Positions 59,201 to 64,000 of a stretch of 64,000 nucleotides of DNA are shown here, piece after piece (the first letter of the stretch is position 1; each line of letters begins with the position of its first letter). Under the pieces are notes generated by a model, which had not been told where the DNA came from, ran no database searches, and was given only the letters and a program-made list of their open reading frames with translations. Position numbers and translations under genes: made by a program. Origin of the DNA: Eledone cirrhosa (taxonomy: Eukaryota); the NCBI GenBank assembly GCA_964016885.1, contig OZ024740.1, positions 167,896,001-167,960,000 of the forward strand, read 5' to 3'.

Positions 59201-62200
59201 CACCAACAGCACCACTATCACAAAACCAACACTATCACCAACAACACCACTATCACAAAACCAACACTAACACCAACACCACCGCTATCACAAAACCAAC
59301 ACTATCACCAACACCACAGCTATCACTAAACCAACACTATCACCAACACCACCATCACTAAACAAACACTATCACCAACACCACCGCTATCACAAAACCA
59401 ACAGTATCACCAACAACACCACCATCACTAAACCAACACTATCACCAACAGCACCACTATCACAAAACCAAAACTATCACCAACAACACCACTATCACAA
59501 AACCAACACTATCACCAACACCATCGCTATCACTAAACCAACACTATCACCAACAACACCACCATCACTAAACCAACACTATCACCAACAACACCACTAT
59601 CACAAAACCAACACTATCAGCAACAACACCACTATCACACAACCAACACTATTACCAACAACACCACTATCACAAAACCAACACTATCACCAACACCATC
59701 GCTATCACTAAACCAACACTATCACCAACAACACCACCATCACTAAACCAACACTATCACCAACAACACCACTATCACAAAACCAACACTATCAGCAACA
59801 ACACCACTATCACAAAACCAACACTATCACCAACACCATCGCTATCACTAAACCAACACTATCACCAACAACACCACCATCACTAAACCAACACTATCAC
59901 CAACAACACCACTATCACAAAACCAACACTATCACCAACAACACCACCATCACTAAACCAACACTATCACCAACACCACCATCACTAAACCAACACTATC
60001 ACCAACACCACCACTATCACAAAACCAACACTATCACCAACACCACCACTATCACTAAACCAACACTATCACCAACACCACCGCAATCACAAAACCAACA
60101 CTATCACCAACAACACAGCTATCACTAAACCAACACTATCACCAACACCACCGCTATCACAAAACCAACACTATCACCAACAACACCACTATCACAAAAC
60201 CAACACTATCACCAACAACACAGCTATCACTAAACCAACATTATCACCAACACCACCATCACTAGACCAACACTATCACCAACACCACCACTATCACAAA
60301 ACCTACACTATCACCAACAACACCGCTATCACAAACCAACACTATCACCAACAACACCACTATCACAAAACCAACACTATCACCAACACCACCGCTATCA
60401 CTAAACCAACACTATCACCAACAACACCACCATCACTAAACCAACACTATCACCAACACCACCGCTATCACAAAACCAACACTATCATCAACAACACCAC
60501 TATCACAAAACCAACACTATCACCAACAACACCACTATCACAAAACCAACACTATCACCAACAACACCACTATCACAAAACCAACACTATCACCAACAAC
60601 ACCACTATCACAAAACCAACACTATCACCAACAACACCACCATCACTAAACCAACACAATCACCAACACCACCGCTATCACAAAACCAACACTATCACCA
60701 ACACCACCGCTATCACAAAACCAACACTATCACCAACAACACCACCATCACTAAACCAACACTATCACCAACACCACCGCTATCACTAAACCAACACTAT
60801 CACCAACACCACCGTTATCACTAAACCAACACTATCACCAACACCACCATCACTAAACCAACACTATCACCAACACCACCGCTATCACAAAACCAACACT
60901 ATCACCAACACCACCGCTATCACAAAACCAACACTATCACCAACAACACCACTATCACTAAACCAACACTATCACCAACACCACCGTTATCACTAAACCA
61001 ACACTATCACCAACACCACCACTATCACTAAACCAACACTATCACCAACACCACCACTATCACTAAACCAATACTATCACCAACAACACCACTATCACTA
61101 AACCAACACTATCACCAACACCACCGCTATCTCAAAACCAACACTATCACCAACACCACCACTATCACTATACCAACACTATCACCAACACCACCACTAT
61201 CACTAAACCAACACTATCAACAACACCACCGATATCACAAAACCAACACTATCACCAACACCACCGCTATCACTAAACCAACACTATCACCAACAACACC
61301 ACCATCACTAAACCAACACTATCACCAACAGCACCACTATCACAAAACCAACACTATCACCAACAACACCACTATCACAAAACCAACACTAACACCAACA
61401 CCACCGCTATCACAAAACCAACACTATCACCAACACCACAGCTATCACTAAACCAACACTATCACCAACACCACCATCACTAAACAAACACTATCACCAA
61501 CACCACCGCTATCACAAAACCAACAGTATCACCAACAACACCACCATCACTAAACCAACACTATCACCAACAGCACCACTATCACAAAACCAAAACTATC
61601 ACCAACAACACCACTATCACAAAACCAACACTATCACCAACACCATCGCTATCACTAAACCAACACTATCACCAACAACACCACCATCACTAAACCAACA
61701 CTATCACCAACAACACCACTATCACAAAACCACTATCACAAAACCAACACTATCACCAACAACACCGCTATCACAAAACCAACACTATCGCCAACACCAC
61801 CGCTATCAGTAAACCAACACTATCACCAACAACAACACTATCACTAAACCAACACTATCACCAACACCACAGCTATCACTAAACCAACACTATCACCAAC
61901 ACCACCATCACTAAACCAACACTATCACCAACACCACCACTATCACAACACCAACACTATCACCAACAACACCACTATCACAAAACCAACACTATCACCA
62001 TCACCACCACCATCACAAAACCAACACTATCACCAACAACACAGCTATCACTAAACCAACACTATCACCAACACCAGTGCTATCACTAAACCAACACTAT
62101 CACCAACACCACCGCTATCACAAAACCAACGCTATCACCAACATCACCACTATCACAAAACCAACCCTATCACCAACAACACCACTATCACAAAACCAAC

Positions 62201-63400
62201 ACTATCACCAACAACACCACTATCACAAAACCAACACTATCACCAACAACACAGCTATCACTAAACCAACACTATCACCAACACCACCACTAACACAAAA
62301 CCAACACTATCACCAACACCACCATCACAAAACCAACACTATCACCAACACCACCACTATCACAAAACCAACACTATCACCAACAACACCACTATCACAA
62401 AACCAACACTGTCAGCAACAACAACACTATCACAAAAGCAACACTATCACCAACAGCACCGCTATCACTAAACCAACACTATCACCAACAACACCACCAT
62501 CACAAACCAACACTATCACCAACACCACCGCTATCACAAAACCAACACTATCACCAACAACACCACTATCACAAAACCAACACTATCACCAACAACACCA
62601 CTAACACAAAACCAACACTATCACCAACAACACCACTATCACAAAACCAACACTATCAGCAACAACACCACTATCACTAAACCAACACTATCACCAACAC
62701 CACCATCACTAAACCAACACTATCACCAACACCACCACTATCACAAAACCAACACTATCACCAACAACACCGCTATCACAAACCAACACTATCACCAACA
62801 ACACCACTATCACAAAACCAACACTATCACCAACACCACCGCTATCACTAAACCAACACTATCACCAACAACACCACTAACACAAAACCAACACTATCAC
62901 CAACACCACCGCTATCACAAAACCAACACTATCACCAACACCACCACTATCACTAAACCAACACTATCACCATCACCACCATCACTAAACCAACGATATC
63001 ACCAACACCACCGCTATCACTAAACCAACACTATCAGCAACAACACCGCTATCACAAAACCACTACTATCACCAACAACACCACTATCACAAAACCAACA
63101 CTATCACCAACAACACCACCATCACTAAACCAACACTATCACCAACAACACCACTATCACTAAACCAACACTATCACCAACACCACCGCTATCACAAAAC
63201 CAACACTATCACCAACACCACCGTTATCACTAAACCAACACTATCACCAATACCACCATCACTAAACCAACACTATCACCAACACCACCACTATCACAAA
63301 ACCAACACTATCACCAACACCACCGCTATCACAAAACCAACATTATCACCAACAACTCCACTATCACTATACCAACACTATCACCAACAACACCACTATC
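41250..63400. repeat. 35-bp satellite (ACTATCAC(A/T)AAACCAAC + ACTATCACCAAC(A/C)ACACC type), roughly 630 units, with higher-order duplications
   Basis: Period 35 (17+18-bp subrepeats), occasional 32/34/36-bp units, G-poor + strand. Confidence 0.97.
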
Positions 63401-64000
63401 GCCTATGCCCTCACTATCACCAATACCCACATTATCACCAATGCTACCACTATCACTAACACTAATGCTTCACACTATCACATCACCACCACAATCACCG
63501 GCATAATAATTCCCATCAACAATTACATCGCACAAAAACTCCGTCACTGTTTCCTTCCCTTTTCCTTAATACTGCCGAAAAATTTACAAATTCCATTGAT
63601 CAAGGCTATCTTTCACAATGTGTCCATCCTTGTAACGCTGTAGCTAACTATTTATGTATATGTATGTATATCTATAAATAATAAATAAATATATATATAC
63701 AAGGGCTGTAACACCCCACTTGCCGACTTTGTAATGGGTAACCCCTGCTTGCAAAGGTAGACGTAAGATTTTCTTACATATTTTTTATCGTTTCCTCTAT
63801 ATTTCCTTCTTCCCCCCATCCCTTCCTAGTCCTTCCACCCCAGTTCTCCTTTGTCGTCGTCCTTTTCACTTTCTCGCCCACGCCGAGGCAGCCCTTCGCT
63901 CCTTTGTAGCCTCAGTACCTCCATCCCCTATTCTATGATAGAATTGGCCGACTCCACTTTTTATAGCAGATGTGATAGACCCCAGATACTTGCTTTCTTT

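Noticed and set aside
41250-63400. CRISPR array, mucin-like gene (ORF 62077-62604) or telomeric repeat
   Set aside because: There are no unique spacers or cas genes. The 35-bp period is not a multiple of 3, so frames cycle and hit frequent stops on both strands. It is not (TTAGGG)n.
63707-64000. LTR start (tgtaacacccc)
   Set aside because: No partner LTR, primer-binding site or TSD is visible within the window.

Overview
This window is AT-rich, repeat-dense eukaryotic DNA with no recognisable intact host gene. The SINE families and microsatellite load suggest an invertebrate, probably a cephalopod such as octopus (inference only). Bases 1-41,000 are a mosaic of (TA)n/(CA)n/(GA)n/trinucleotide microsatellites, more than ten copies of a tRNA-head SINE with a Deu/Nin-like core, two Helitron derivatives, MITE-like hairpins and many Penelope-like element (PLE) pieces. 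One PLE piece is a young 5'-truncated copy with an open GIY-YIG frame and an inverted terminal repeat. Bases ~41,250-63,400 are a 35-bp C/A-rich satellite with kilobase-scale higher-order duplications. The main hidden signal is a set of type I hammerhead ribozyme motifs (CUGANGA...GAAA...UH with stems I-III) in several unrelated non-coding units. Two of these form tandem arrays (~527-bp and ~513-525-bp monomers, one ribozyme per monomer) sitting in (TA)n tracts, and a third is a ~631-bp terminally redundant unit. The ~520-bp array and the ~631-bp unit carry PLE-type inverted 5' ends. This looks like a retrozyme-like or PLE-mobilised system with the potential to make circular RNA. All structures were read by eye; none has been folded computationally or tested.
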